A model generated the notes under the pieces. The model saw only the letters and a program-made list of their open reading frames with translations, was not told the origin of the DNA and searched no databases. Made by a program: the position numbers and the translations under genes. A stretch of 64,000 nucleotides of DNA from contig OZ244207.1 of the NCBI GenBank assembly GCA_965216875.1, forward strand, positions 5,280,001-5,344,000. The letters are read 5' to 3'. Source of the DNA: Rubripirellula sp. (GTDB taxonomy: Bacteria; Planctomycetota; Planctomycetia; Pirellulales; Pirellulaceae). Shown here in pieces: positions 1-11,513 of this stretch (within the stretch, counting starts at the first letter, position 1; every line of letters begins with the position of its first letter).

Positions 1-1194
1 TTGGTTGCGATTTTGACCTTTTGGGCTGGCGGTTTGGCGCGTGGGCGTCGCAGCATGCGTCACATCGCAGCGCGCCTGGGTCCGACCATTGTTGGTTTCA
101 TCGTGATCGCATCGATCCTGACCAATTCTCTGCTGCGCATCGCCCACACCACTTCCATCGAACGCAGCATCCAAATCACGCTCAGCGAGACACTCGCCGA
201 AACCTACGGCGCCTCGTTGATGGATGTCACGTATGCGGAAACCAATGAAAGCGTCCAAGTGCTCGCGACCGTTCGCTCCTACCGCACCATTTCGCCCGCT
301 TGGGTCACTGCGATTCAAACCAAGTTGCGTGCTTCCATCGACCAACCGGTCGACTTGGCGGTACGCACGATTCGCTCGCGAGATGTTTATCCGCTCGGTT
401 CGGCATATCAAATTGTCCAGCCGGATCTGAACGGCCGCTTGATCGAAAAAGTGCCCAGCACCAACGTGTCGCGCGAATCGCTCGCCTCGCAGGTGATTCG
501 CGAATACTTCGATGACGAACCGGGATTCGAACTGACGCGAATCGAGCATGGGTCAATCACCGATGACTCGACCGTCGTGGTCGCGTACGTCAATGCGATA
601 CGGCGGATCAGTGCGGAAGAGATGTTTGCGGTTGAAACGCTGCTCAGAGACCGACTGCAATCACCCGGGCTTCGCTTTTTGATCCGCGTCAACTCGGCGA
701 CATTGCACGGACGCGAGGGAGATGTGCTGACCGAATGGACCAACTTCACGATGGCTGGAAAAGATCGGGTGCCGGACGTCCCAAAGCTCGATGCAAAGAT
801 TCGCTCGGCGATTAGCAAAATCGAGGGACTCGTCCTGCTTCAGAACCACTTTCATTGGTCGGGCAAGGGATGGCGAGTCCTTTCGGCCGTCGCGGGCCCC
901 TCTTCAGCCGACGCCTCGATCGTCAAGCAAATCGAAGACTCACTGGGGGAGACGAACGATCCCGTCGAAGTCCTGTTGTGGAAACAGAACGACTACATCA
1001 TTGCCCACGACGGCATCACGACCTACGACCAGTTGACCGCTCCGCTGATCAACGATCGCCGAGCCTACCTGCGGCGTTTCTTTCAATCAAACGTCGAAGC
1101 GAGCTCGGACCGTTTTGAAACAGCAGGCTTGGAAACGAACGCAAATTCCGCGAAAATAATCGACTTACAGGACCGTCCATCCTCAACGGAATGA
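1..1194 (+). CDS. 5'-truncated membrane-anchored protein, possibly the C-terminal part of a DUF389-type protein
   Basis: ORF is open from the window edge. Two hydrophobic segments are followed by a long soluble region, and the stop lies 7 nt before kdsB. The family guess is from general resemblance only. Confidence 0.45.
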   Translation: MVAILTFWAGGLARGRRSMRHIAARLGPTIVGFIVIASILTNSLLRIAHTTSIERSIQITLSETLAETYGASLMDVTYAETNESVQVLATVRSYRTISPAWVTAIQTKLRASIDQPVDLAVRTIRSRDVYPLGSAYQIVQPDLNGRLIEKVPSTNVSRESLASQVIREYFDDEPGFELTRIEHGSITDDSTVVVAYVNAIRRISAEEMFAVETLLRDRLQSPGLRFLIRVNSATLHGREGDVLTEWTNFTMAGKDRVPDVPKLDAKIRSAISKIEGLVLLQNHFHWSGKGWRVLSAVAGPSSADASIVKQIEDSLGETNDPVEVLLWKQNDYIIAHDGITTYDQLTAPLINDRRAYLRRFFQSNVEASSDRFETAGLETNANSAKIIDLQDRPSSTE

Positions 1195-1201
1195 GTCGCC
1201 A

Positions 1202-1999
1202 ATGACGCGTTGCCAAATCGTCATCCCCGCCAGACTTGCCTCAACGCGTTTGCCAGAAAAACTGCTGCTCAAAGCTGGCGGCAAGTCCGTCTTGCAACAC
1301 ACCTACGAAGCCGCCTGCAAAGTCACGGTCGCGGAAGGGGTGATCGTCGCTGTCGATCACGAACGATTGGCCGAAGAAGTGGAGCGGTTTGGCGGCCGGT
1401 CGATCATGACCAGCCCCGACTGTGCCAGTGGCACCGACCGGATTGCCGAAGTCGCATCGGCATTGCCGGACATCGACATCTTTGTGAACGTCCAAGGCGA
1501 TGAACCAGAAATTGAACCGAGTGCGATTGAGCTGGTTGCGAAAACGCTAGACGAACATCCTGGCGCCGACATCGCGACCATTGCCACGCCCATTCGCGAT
1601 CCCGGACGCTTGGACGACCCGGCGTGCGTCAAAATCGTGATGGCACCGACCGACGCCGATGCAACGGGGCACGCTGATGCAATGGGGCAGGGGAGGGCGG
1701 TTTATTTTTCTCGCTCGCCCGTGCCTCATCCGCGTGGCGGAATCGACGACGTTCTGTTGCAGGCCGAGCCACCCCATTTTTGGCACCACCTGGGACTGTA
1801 CGCCTATCGGCGTGATTTCCTCGATTGGTTCACCAACCAACCTGCCAGTCCGCTGGAAAAAATCGAAGGTCTCGAGCAGTTGAGAGCGCTCGAAGCGGGA
1901 AAAGCAATCGTGGTCGCAAGAGTGGAACGTGCGGCCCCCGGAATCGACACCAAAGGAGATTTCGACGCCTTTCAGTCACGCGTCGAACAAAATTCTTAG
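1202..1999 (+). CDS. kdsB: 3-deoxy-manno-octulosonate cytidylyltransferase (CMP-KDO synthetase)
   Basis: Motifs IPARLASTRLPEK, SGTDR, VNVQGDEP, YFSRSPVP, HLGLYAYR and LEQLRALE. Confidence 0.95.
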   Translation: MTRCQIVIPARLASTRLPEKLLLKAGGKSVLQHTYEAACKVTVAEGVIVAVDHERLAEEVERFGGRSIMTSPDCASGTDRIAEVASALPDIDIFVNVQGDEPEIEPSAIELVAKTLDEHPGADIATIATPIRDPGRLDDPACVKIVMAPTDADATGHADAMGQGRAVYFSRSPVPHPRGGIDDVLLQAEPPHFWHHLGLYAYRRDFLDWFTNQPASPLEKIEGLEQLRALEAGKAIVVARVERAAPGIDTKGDFDAFQSRVEQNS

Positions 2000-2091
2000 C
2001 GGCACGAGCCTGGAAAAACCGTTCTGCGTCTGCAAACCGCAGACGCGAGAGGGGAAACCGTCACTTTCACAATCGAACCGGCGCGGTATGA

Positions 2092-3744
<1,653 letters not shown>

Positions 3745-3757
3745 CGGTTCGGCCAAC

Positions 3758-3814
3758 CGTAGTGGACGAGGCCACGAGTCCCTTCTAAGGGACTTCACCA
3801 ACTCATCGACTGCG
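3758..3814. repeat. REP-like element (CGTAGTGGACGAGG family) with a degenerate inverted partner
   Basis: cgtagtggacgaggccacgagtccct at 3758-3783 is followed by a degenerate reverse complement (agggact...actgcg). A near-identical copy lies at 61704-61729. Confidence 0.7.
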
Positions 3815-3848
3815 ACAGTTTTTTCATCGCTGTTTGAAAGTTGACAAC

Positions 3849-4268
3849 ATGAGCGAGTCTGAAAAAGACAACGATCAGGAAGAACCCAAGATCATCGTCG
3901 ATGATGATTGGAAAGAGCAGGTCGCCAAAGAAAAAGAGGCTGCCAGCCAGAGCGAATCGGAAGACGATTTGACGCCAGCCGATCCGCCGTCGGACGACGC
4001 AGCGGCAGACGACATGCCGCCGCCTCCACCGGCGACTTTCGACGTCTTGATCTCGATGCTCTTTACCCAGGCAATGGCGATGCTCGGCCAAATGCCTGAC
4101 CCCACAACCGGCGAGCCGAAGGTCAACAAGGCCTACGCCAAACACTACATCGATACACTCGATATGCTGTCCGAAAAAACGGAAGGCAACTTGAGTGACG
4201 ACGAGAAGAAGATGCTCTCCGAAGCACTTCACGCCCTGCGCATGATGTACGTCAATGTCAAAGGTTGA
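3849..4268 (+). CDS. DUF1844-type small acidic protein
   Basis: Segments IVDDDWKEQV, AMAMLGQMPDP and AKHYIDTLDMLSEKTEGNLSDDEKKML. ATG at 3849 is preferred over the track's start at 3834. Confidence 0.8.
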   Translation: MSESEKDNDQEEPKIIVDDDWKEQVAKEKEAASQSESEDDLTPADPPSDDAAADDMPPPPPATFDVLISMLFTQAMAMLGQMPDPTTGEPKVNKAYAKHYIDTLDMLSEKTEGNLSDDEKKMLSEALHALRMMYVNVKG

Positions 4269-4315
4269 GCCTTCAGGCCTTGCAGGTTTGGTGCATTGAA
4301 AAACCGGCGGCCGCT

Positions 4316-4464
4316 CACCTGTGAGCCGAACGCGCTAGCGTCGGGCCTTTGCTCGTAGCTACGCTCGCCAGAGCGTGGTGATGATGGAAAGCAATCTACC
4401 GATGGAATCCACCTTCTGACGAAGGTAGCTACAAGCAAAAGCCCGAGACCTGACGGCGGCTCAC
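4316..4464. repeat. Nested REPIN-like element: an outer GTGAGCCG pair enclosing an inner GTAGCTAC pair
   Basis: Outer copies: gtgagccgaacgcgctagcgtcgggcct at 4321-4348 and a degenerate inverse at 4439-4464. Inner copies: cgtagctacgctcgccagagcgtgg at 4354-4378 and ccaccttctgacgaaggtagctac at 4409-4432. Confidence 0.75.
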
Positions 4465-5078
4465 GGACCGCCTTCAAGTTTCACCGTCTCGGCGCGGAGT
4501 CGCTCGAGGGCGCGGACCCACAGCATTCGCACGGCTCCTTCACTGCGATTCATCTTTTCAGCCACTTCGGCATGGGAAAGCTCTTGCAGATTCCGCAGCA
4601 CAATCACTTGCCGGTATTCGGGCGGCAAGCGTTGCAAGATGCTTGCCACTTGCACGTGCCGCTCTTCGGTCATCAACTGGGCACTCGGCGAAGTGGCATC
4701 GGCGGGCAACAGTCTCCCGAGTTGCATCGACGACTGCGCGAGTGATTGCTCGATCGACACTTCGCGTTTCACATCGCGTTTCTGTGTCCCCGCGTATCGG
4801 CGCGCAAGATGCGCGAGTTGGTGCGCGAGAATCTTGCGCAGCCAAGCGAGACGTTGCGGGTGATCGGTCGCCCTGCATCCTTCCCAACCACGCCAGGCCT
4901 CCATCAGCGTTTGCTGCACTGCATCCGAAGGCGAAAACTTGCCCTGAAAGCGACTGTCGATTTCCATCCGAGCCAACAGCTGCAACCACGACTCCTGCTC
5001 CAGCAACCATTCGGTTTTGGGATCCCCATCCTGGAAGGCATCGCCGACTTGATGATCCTTGGTTGAGTCGTCTGTCAT
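4461..5078 (-). CDS. ECF-type sigma-70 factor (planctomycete type), about 205 aa
   Basis: Region 2 (SPSDAVQQTLMEAW, AWLRKILAH) and region 4 (LPPEYRQVIVLRNLQELSHAEVAEKMNRSEGAVRMLWVRAL). The ATG at 5078 overlaps the kinase TGA; the track's extension to 5585 lies inside the kinase gene. Confidence 0.92.
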   Translation of the reverse strand: MTDDSTKDHQVGDAFQDGDPKTEWLLEQESWLQLLARMEIDSRFQGKFSPSDAVQQTLMEAWRGWEGCRATDHPQRLAWLRKILAHQLAHLARRYAGTQKRDVKREVSIEQSLAQSSMQLGRLLPADATSPSAQLMTEERHVQVASILQRLPPEYRQVIVLRNLQELSHAEVAEKMNRSEGAVRMLWVRALERLRAETVKLEGGP

Positions 5079-8000
5079 ACCGCCACCCTCGCTGGCCGCC
5101 GCCAACGACGAACCGTGCCGATCAAGCCCTGGATCATCAATAGGAAGAACATGCCCCAGCTCACCAGAATCGCTGCTGGGAACCCAAACCGGTAAACCCC
5201 GGGATAGGAATATCGCTCGCCTGGAATGGGATGATGGCTCGATGCGATCGATGGGCCGACAACGAACATCACGATCAGAACTCCCGTCACGATCACGGTC
5301 ACACCGAGCGTGATCGCCAATCGGCGCCAACGTTGTTGCAGCACCCACCATAGAAGCAGCAACGTGATCACCGTCGGCGGCGTTGCAAAGAACGCCAACA
5401 TCAGCCGCATCACGAGCGTCCGGACTTCGCCGTTGGGCCCCGTCTGTGACAGTCCAAAAACGAAGATCGACAACACGACCGGTGCTAGCAACAACGACCG
5501 CAGCCCGAACTGTCGATTCCAAACCAAGTAGAGAACGAACCCGAGTGGGATGATCATCAGCGTCACGCTGTAGAGCGCCATCCACAGAAACCCACGGACT
5601 TCACGCCATCGCAATTCCCCTGGCATCCCCGGCAGCGGACGCACCAGTCGCGGATCAACTTGATCGGTCGCAGCCACCGGGTCGGTGACTTCCTCGATTC
5701 CCCGGGCCGCCCTGCCAACGATCGCCCCCGTCGCGTGATCCGAAAAACGCACGATCGGGACGCCACTCGGTTTCGCTTGGCCTGCAGCCCGATGGCCGCT
5801 TAGGAGGTCGATCCCGGCGATGTTGCTCGGATCGACTTTGGGTCCGTCACAATGCCAAAGCAGACGTCCCGTTTTCAAGTCAATCGCCTCGCAGCGATTC
5901 GTCTTTTGCGTTCGCCGAAAGAGCGTTTTCGAATCGACTCCGAAGACTTGGTCAAACAAGCTCTCGGAAGTGATCGCGTACTCCCAGAGGTGCGTCGACG
6001 GATCGTTCGGGGAAACCGCGACGAGCTTATTGCCCGTTGGAAAGATCAACTCCTCACCATCGCCACCGTCAACATCGGCTGTCCATAGACGGATACGCCG
6101 CTGAGCGCGGTCGGTGAACTGAATCGGAACGGAGGCAAGTTTCTTGAGATCCGTGCCAAGAACTTCGATGCTCGAAGTGTGATCGTGATGACGGACCACA
6201 ATCGCAACCGCGTCGCTGCCCGCATGCTTCATCGCTTCAAGACGCGGTCGTGTGGTGCGATACCATGAATAGCCATAGCCGCTTGAGTTCGCATAGCCAT
6301 GTTCGATCTGGTAGTCATGCTGGGCGAGTTCTTGACCGCTGGTCGCATCGATCGCATACAACCTGAGCTGCTCTTTTCCGGTGCCAAATTGGCCACAGAC
6401 AGGTTGCACTAACACCGGCCGACCATCTTTGTCGCTCACTAGCGCGCCGTGAAGCCACGTCGCAAACGAACGTGATGGGTCGCTGGTTCGAGGCAAGCCG
6501 AAGGCCCACATTTGCTCGCCACTTCGACCATCGAGTGCACGCAACTCGAGATGCGAGCCCTGCTTCTCAGGATCGCTGGAATCACCTGGCAAGACGAGAT
6601 CAAGAACGCCGTCACGATTGGCATCAAGCCAAATCGGCTCAAGCGTGGCGGTTTGGAATCGATAGGAAGTCATTGTCGATTGGTCGAAGGCCGGCGTGAG
6701 CGGTTTGGCCCAGCGAACGCGCCCCGATCGGGACGACAGGACGAGGCACCAAAGTTGTTTGTCGGCGCTACTGATCGACTGGTCGTCGGGATAGAGGTAA
6801 TCCATCGATGCAACCATCACCACTTCATGACGATCATCACCGTCGAGATCACGCATTTCCAACCAGACAAGCTGGTCCATGTTGGAACACTGAACCGGCG
6901 AGATCCACAGCAAGCGACCTTCGCGTCCCGAGATCGCAATCAGCAAATCTTGGTTTTGACGACTGGCACGTGAAACGCCAACCACCAAGTCGTTGAAACC
7001 ATCCCCGTTGATGTCGATGGCGGCCGGTCCGTTTCCGAGCAAATGCAAGTCGTCGCCCGACTCGGTCAACAATGATGAGTCGGCCGAAGCAACGACCAAC
7101 TCGGACGAAACGTCTCGTGGCAGGTCGGTTTCCCAAAGTGGATCACCCGTTGCTCCCGAGTAGGCGTTCAGAGTTCCACCTTGCTTGGAGATCAGATCGC
7201 GCACGTCATCGCCATCAAGATCAGCGACGGCGATTGTGGAGGGTTGAAGACGACGCCAGCGTTCACCGGTGACACCCTGGTAGATCGACAGTTTTCCGCC
7301 AGCATCTCGCCCCAGGTTCTCGCCAGCCTTTTCGACGATCGCAAGTTCTTCGACCCCATCACGATCCAGGTCGGACAAGATCGTCTCGTCGGCATTGCGA
7401 ACCACATTTGCGAATCGACAAGTCCGCGGTTCGACCATCCAACACCATCGAAAATCTCCGGCGTGCCTTGGTGCCGCCGAGATCATTAGCTGTGGCACGT
7501 CCCCGCCGCCGCGCCACCAACCAATCCGATCGAGAACGTACTCGCGACCGCTACGACGATTGCGACGTAGCGAGGTCTTTCCAAACTGCACGGTTGCCCC
7601 ATCGGCTCCACTCAAACAATCGGCATAGAGTTCGTATTCGGGGCCCCAAAGGGTTGCTGCGTAAATCTCTTTCGCACCATCGCCATCGACGTCGGGGCCA
7701 ATCGCGAGGTGTTCGACACACTGGTCCATGTTCGGCAACATGCGATTCCAAATTGGTTTTCCGGTTTTGCCATCGACCAGCTCAACCCCACCCCACGGCA
7801 GCGCGCTGTAGTTGCCTTTTTCTGATGTCCCGTTGGGAACAATCACGTCACAGCATCCGTCACCGTCGATGTCGTCAAGCATCAACCAGTCGGGCGGATC
7901 GATCGTCCAGGAATCGCGTCGCTGAGGTCGTGTGGTGATTTCATGCTGCCACAACATCTTGTTTGTCGCGACCGACCACGCGGTGACCCGCGATCGCGGC

Positions 8001-10681
8001 ACCGAAACGTTTCGCGGCGGATAGCCCGCCATCGCCATCTGTTTTCCAAGATCTTCCAGAACAATTGCATCGCGTCTGCCATCGCCATCGACATCGCCCC
8101 ACTTGACGCTGCTGGACGGGTTCACGTGCAAGTCGACCTTCGTTTTGACTTGGCCATTGCTTGAATCAATGGAAACAATCTGCTGGCCAGCGAGACAAAC
8201 GATGTCACCGTCGACTCGGCGAGGGCGGTCGGGCATGTAACGGTGTTCGCCACCTCGATAGCTTCTGCTGCTGCGTTCGCGTTTCAAGACACCTCGTGAA
8301 ATCGAACTACTACCACCGCCGCCCGAACTGACCGACCCCATCCCTTTCACGAACCACCGAAATTTATACGGCACCTCGACGCCAGGAAGCATCGCAAACG
8401 AGTCTTCGCTAAAGTCGTGTCGCCAAAGCGTGTCCCCGCTCGCACCCGAAATCGCCTCGGCCCACAACGTCACCTTGGCCGGAGGCAACTTACTCAGAAA
8501 CGTTGTGTCGAGAACGGGCGCGGAATTGCCTGGTTGGCCTTGGTCCGAAATATCACCAAAGATTGCGCACCAGTCTTCGACGCCATCTCCATCGAGATCG
8601 CCCAGCGAAATCGGCTCGTAGAGTGTCGCGCTAAGCACTTGTTGCCGTGGTGGATTCGCCTTCTCGAGGTCGGCGCCTCGCGGAGCAAACCAGAGCACGC
8701 TCATGTCTTTGCCAGACAATGCCAACAACCACGCTTGATGCTGGCCAGCCAAAACAAAATCAGCAACTCCGTCGTCGTTGATATCCGTGGCTAAGGTTTG
8801 GTCGTCCGAATACTCATCGGCCTGCCCGACCACGAACGGTCGCATGTCGAATTTTCCGTAGCCCGTGTGTGACGAGCTGTAGACCGCTTGATCAGTCCAC
8901 CAGCGAAATCCGGGAGAGTCGGCCACCCACTGGGGAGCGTCCTCGGGATTTTTGAGGTCGTTTTGACTTGGAATCGCACAGACTTGCATCACCGATTCGT
9001 TTGCATTGCCATCACGGAGCAGTCGGTCAAGCTGGACTCCTGTTTTGTCAAAGCGGATTGCAAATGCAGTGTGTTGTTGCGGCCCCTCGAGTGTTCCTTT
9101 GCAACGAACGACTCGCATTGCACGATCGAACTGGATCTGTTTGCCGATCGCGATATCTTGCAGATTGACTTGAAAGTCACGCCATTGGCCCGCAATCAAA
9201 CTTGTTCTGAACGTCTGACTAAGCTTTCCGTCGCCGGAAACTTGTAGTCGAACGTCTCCGGATGGCACTTCGATCGGTTGTTGCATCGGGATCGTGAACG
9301 GACCGACGACAACGTTGTCGTCGGCGTCAACCAATTCGCCCACAAGTGGCGGTGTGTCCGTTTGGATTTGCAACTCGGCGAGTTGGGCCTGTTGGATCCC
9401 AAAGTAACTAAAGAGGCTCGCCGTGATCAGAAGCGTCGTGACCGCAACGCTACCAAGAGCCAACTTGAAGCTCTGTTTTTGTCGTTTGATCGAGCGAACC
9501 AGCAGCTCAATCGGGCTCGGACGGCGAGCGCGAATCGGACGCATTTCGGCAAAGGCTCGAAGATCATCGGCTAGCTCTTGCGCCGTTTCGTACCGATCCT
9601 CGGGATCTTTCGCCAAGCAGGTCATCACGATCGTTTCGAGATCACGAGAAATGGCGGGACGCACAGCGCTGATCGGCTTGGGCCTGTCCGACAGAATCTG
9701 TTGCAACACACCATGCGGCGTGTCCGATTCAAACACCGGTTGCCTTGTTAGCAGTTCATAAAGCGTCGCCCCGAGACTGTAGATATCGGTCCGATGATCG
9801 ATGCTGCGGAGCTTCGAGACCGACGCTTGCTCGGGGCTCATGTAACGGGGCGTTCCGAGCAACGCACCGGTCATGCTGAGGGAAACATCGTCGAGCCGTT
9901 TGGCCAACCCAAAGTCAGTCAGCCAAACTCGATGGTCATCATCAAGAATCAAGTTGGACGGTTTTACATCGCGATGAATCACGTTGCGACGGTGAGCATG
10001 TTCCAATGCTTCGGCCGCCTGCAATCCCCAATCGGCAATCGTGTCATCATCGAGTCGGCGCGACGCGCGCGTCTTGTCTTCGGAAACGTCTTTGCGCAAC
10101 ACGCGATCGAGGCTCTCGCCTTCGATGTATTGCATCGCGTAGTAGTTGACACCTTTGTCGGTGCCGACCGAAAAGATCGGAACAATATTCGTATGGTGAA
10201 GGTTGGCGACCGTTTCGGCTTCGCGCTGAAATCGGTCGACTGCGTCGGAATCGCTGCCGCCGCCGTAGCGCATGATCTTCAGCGCAACGCGCCGACCGAG
10301 AGAGACTTGGTTCGCCTCGTAAACCGCCCCCATGCCGCCACGCCCGATTTCACGGCCGATTTCAAAGTCGCCAATGCGTTTGGGTTCAGCTTGTGACTCG
10401 CGCCCATGCAACTCGGGCCCATGCAAGAACTCGATCCCGGCCAAACATGCCTCCAACCGATCGGCCAAATCGGGATGCTCGGCAAGGAGCTGCTCGCGCG
10501 AGACTGCTTTTCCGGCGGCCTGGTCAGCGACGTACTTGTCCAGAATCTCGACCAGTCGCACCGCCTCGGCGTCAGCTGCAAAATCGTCGGTCGTCGCCAG
10601 TCCATCGCTCGGCAGTCCATCGCTCGGCAGTCCATTACTGGGCTCGGGCGGGGGGTCGGTCGATTGGGGCTGCTCGGCCAT
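5075..10681 (-). CDS. Hanks-type Ser/Thr protein kinase with a TM helix, a large FG-GAP/PQQ-like beta-propeller region and a C-terminal multi-TM segment
   Basis: Kinase motifs GRGGMGAVY, VALK, HRDVKPSN, DFG and GTPRYMSPE. Many D[LIV][DN]GDG repeats and GxxLW blade motifs. Several hydrophobic helices at the C-terminus. Confidence 0.93.
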   Translation of the reverse strand: MAEQPQSTDPPPEPSNGLPSDGLPSDGLATTDDFAADAEAVRLVEILDKYVADQAAGKAVSREQLLAEHPDLADRLEACLAGIEFLHGPELHGRESQAEPKRIGDFEIGREIGRGGMGAVYEANQVSLGRRVALKIMRYGGGSDSDAVDRFQREAETVANLHHTNIVPIFSVGTDKGVNYYAMQYIEGESLDRVLRKDVSEDKTRASRRLDDDTIADWGLQAAEALEHAHRRNVIHRDVKPSNLILDDDHRVWLTDFGLAKRLDDVSLSMTGALLGTPRYMSPEQASVSKLRSIDHRTDIYSLGATLYELLTRQPVFESDTPHGVLQQILSDRPKPISAVRPAISRDLETIVMTCLAKDPEDRYETAQELADDLRAFAEMRPIRARRPSPIELLVRSIKRQKQSFKLALGSVAVTTLLITASLFSYFGIQQAQLAELQIQTDTPPLVGELVDADDNVVVGPFTIPMQQPIEVPSGDVRLQVSGDGKLSQTFRTSLIAGQWRDFQVNLQDIAIGKQIQFDRAMRVVRCKGTLEGPQQHTAFAIRFDKTGVQLDRLLRDGNANESVMQVCAIPSQNDLKNPEDAPQWVADSPGFRWWTDQAVYSSSHTGYGKFDMRPFVVGQADEYSDDQTLATDINDDGVADFVLAGQHQAWLLALSGKDMSVLWFAPRGADLEKANPPRQQVLSATLYEPISLGDLDGDGVEDWCAIFGDISDQGQPGNSAPVLDTTFLSKLPPAKVTLWAEAISGASGDTLWRHDFSEDSFAMLPGVEVPYKFRWFVKGMGSVSSGGGGSSSISRGVLKRERSSRSYRGGEHRYMPDRPRRVDGDIVCLAGQQIVSIDSSNGQVKTKVDLHVNPSSSVKWGDVDGDGRRDAIVLEDLGKQMAMAGYPPRNVSVPRSRVTAWSVATNKMLWQHEITTRPQRRDSWTIDPPDWLMLDDIDGDGCCDVIVPNGTSEKGNYSALPWGGVELVDGKTGKPIWNRMLPNMDQCVEHLAIGPDVDGDGAKEIYAATLWGPEYELYADCLSGADGATVQFGKTSLRRNRRSGREYVLDRIGWWRGGGDVPQLMISAAPRHAGDFRWCWMVEPRTCRFANVVRNADETILSDLDRDGVEELAIVEKAGENLGRDAGGKLSIYQGVTGERWRRLQPSTIAVADLDGDDVRDLISKQGGTLNAYSGATGDPLWETDLPRDVSSELVVASADSSLLTESGDDLHLLGNGPAAIDINGDGFNDLVVGVSRASRQNQDLLIAISGREGRLLWISPVQCSNMDQLVWLEMRDLDGDDRHEVVMVASMDYLYPDDQSISSADKQLWCLVLSSRSGRVRWAKPLTPAFDQSTMTSYRFQTATLEPIWLDANRDGVLDLVLPGDSSDPEKQGSHLELRALDGRSGEQMWAFGLPRTSDPSRSFATWLHGALVSDKDGRPVLVQPVCGQFGTGKEQLRLYAIDATSGQELAQHDYQIEHGYANSSGYGYSWYRTTRPRLEAMKHAGSDAVAIVVRHHDHTSSIEVLGTDLKKLASVPIQFTDRAQRRIRLWTADVDGGDGEELIFPTGNKLVAVSPNDPSTHLWEYAITSESLFDQVFGVDSKTLFRRTQKTNRCEAIDLKTGRLLWHCDGPKVDPSNIAGIDLLSGHRAAGQAKPSGVPIVRFSDHATGAIVGRAARGIEEVTDPVAATDQVDPRLVRPLPGMPGELRWREVRGFLWMALYSVTLMIIPLGFVLYLVWNRQFGLRSLLLAPVVLSIFVFGLSQTGPNGEVRTLVMRLMLAFFATPPTVITLLLLWWVLQQRWRRLAITLGVTVIVTGVLIVMFVVGPSIASSHHPIPGERYSYPGVYRFGFPAAILVSWGMFFLLMIQGLIGTVRRWRRPARVAV

Positions 10682-10817
10682 CTCGGTGTTCTTTCACTCG
10701 TCACATCGGTCGCGGCGCTGCGGCGATGCAGCGTTCCACTGTACCAAGTGCCGAGTCTGATCGGTTCGTTACTGAGATTCTCGAGAATTTCGAAGACAAT
10801 GCGTGAGACGCCGTGTT

Positions 10818-11438
10818 TTATCGACTAACCTGCACGCGGCCATCGTAGTGGATCGCCTTTTGGCGCCCGGCGACCATGTCCCAATCCATTCGGTGCGGCG
10901 GATGGAGGTAGTGACGGTACGCCACCGCCATCTGCCGAGCCACCTCGGAATAAGCCACCCCACCGAATCCAGCGCCCATCGCAGGAAAAACAACGGTGCC
11001 GATCTGATCGGGGTTGGCAACCTTGTGTTGGTAAACCGCAATCAAAGATGCCCATGTCGCGGCATAGACCTTGTCCGTCCCCGCGATCGAACCAGGGACA
11101 CGCATCGTCGGCGAGTGTGCGATGAACGGATAATCCGCAGTGCCGGTTGACTCGATAAACGAAGTGCCGATCGGTTGTTCACCAAGGTATTCGTTCAACA
11201 CTCGATGCTGCACGCGAGCCATCAAGTCTTCGCCGTGAAACCGAACAACGGCCGCGTCGATACCGGCATTCATGATGCCAAAGGAGTTGGCCGCCGTCAC
11301 AAAACAGTCGTGTGGCGGCAAGTCCTCAAAACGGCTTTCAATCACCGTCACATTCGGCAATCCCTCGAAGCGTTGACGAAACGCATCGCACATTTCAGGC
11401 TCGGGATGAATAAGCCATAGATCAATTGGCAGTGCCAT
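10818..11438 (-). CDS. Macro domain (ADP-ribose-binding or processing) protein
   Basis: Segments DCFVTAANSFGIMNAGIDAA, IAHSPTMRVP and VFPAMGAGFGG. Likely start MALPIDL at 11438. Confidence 0.8.
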   Translation of the reverse strand: MALPIDLWLIHPEPEMCDAFRQRFEGLPNVTVIESRFEDLPPHDCFVTAANSFGIMNAGIDAAVVRFHGEDLMARVQHRVLNEYLGEQPIGTSFIESTGTADYPFIAHSPTMRVPGSIAGTDKVYAATWASLIAVYQHKVANPDQIGTVVFPAMGAGFGGVAYSEVARQMAVAYRHYLHPPHRMDWDMVAGRQKAIHYDGRVQVSR

Positions 11439-11513
11439 AGGGTTTTGGAAGTCTCCGTTTACTGAACGACCATCGTAGCCGATCAACTTCGGGAAACCAA
11501 ATCCGAAAGCGTC

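Noticed and set aside
5079..5585. N-terminal extension of the sigma ORF (likewise the extensions of xylA, the sulfatase and glyQS)
   Set aside because: These are longest-ORF artefacts overlapping another gene or REP DNA; family similarity begins at downstream ATGs
10598..10640. 15-bp in-frame repeat (PSNGL-PSDGL-PSDGL) at the kinase N-terminus
   Set aside because: Real, but a trivial in-frame slippage in a disordered tail with no phase-variation potential
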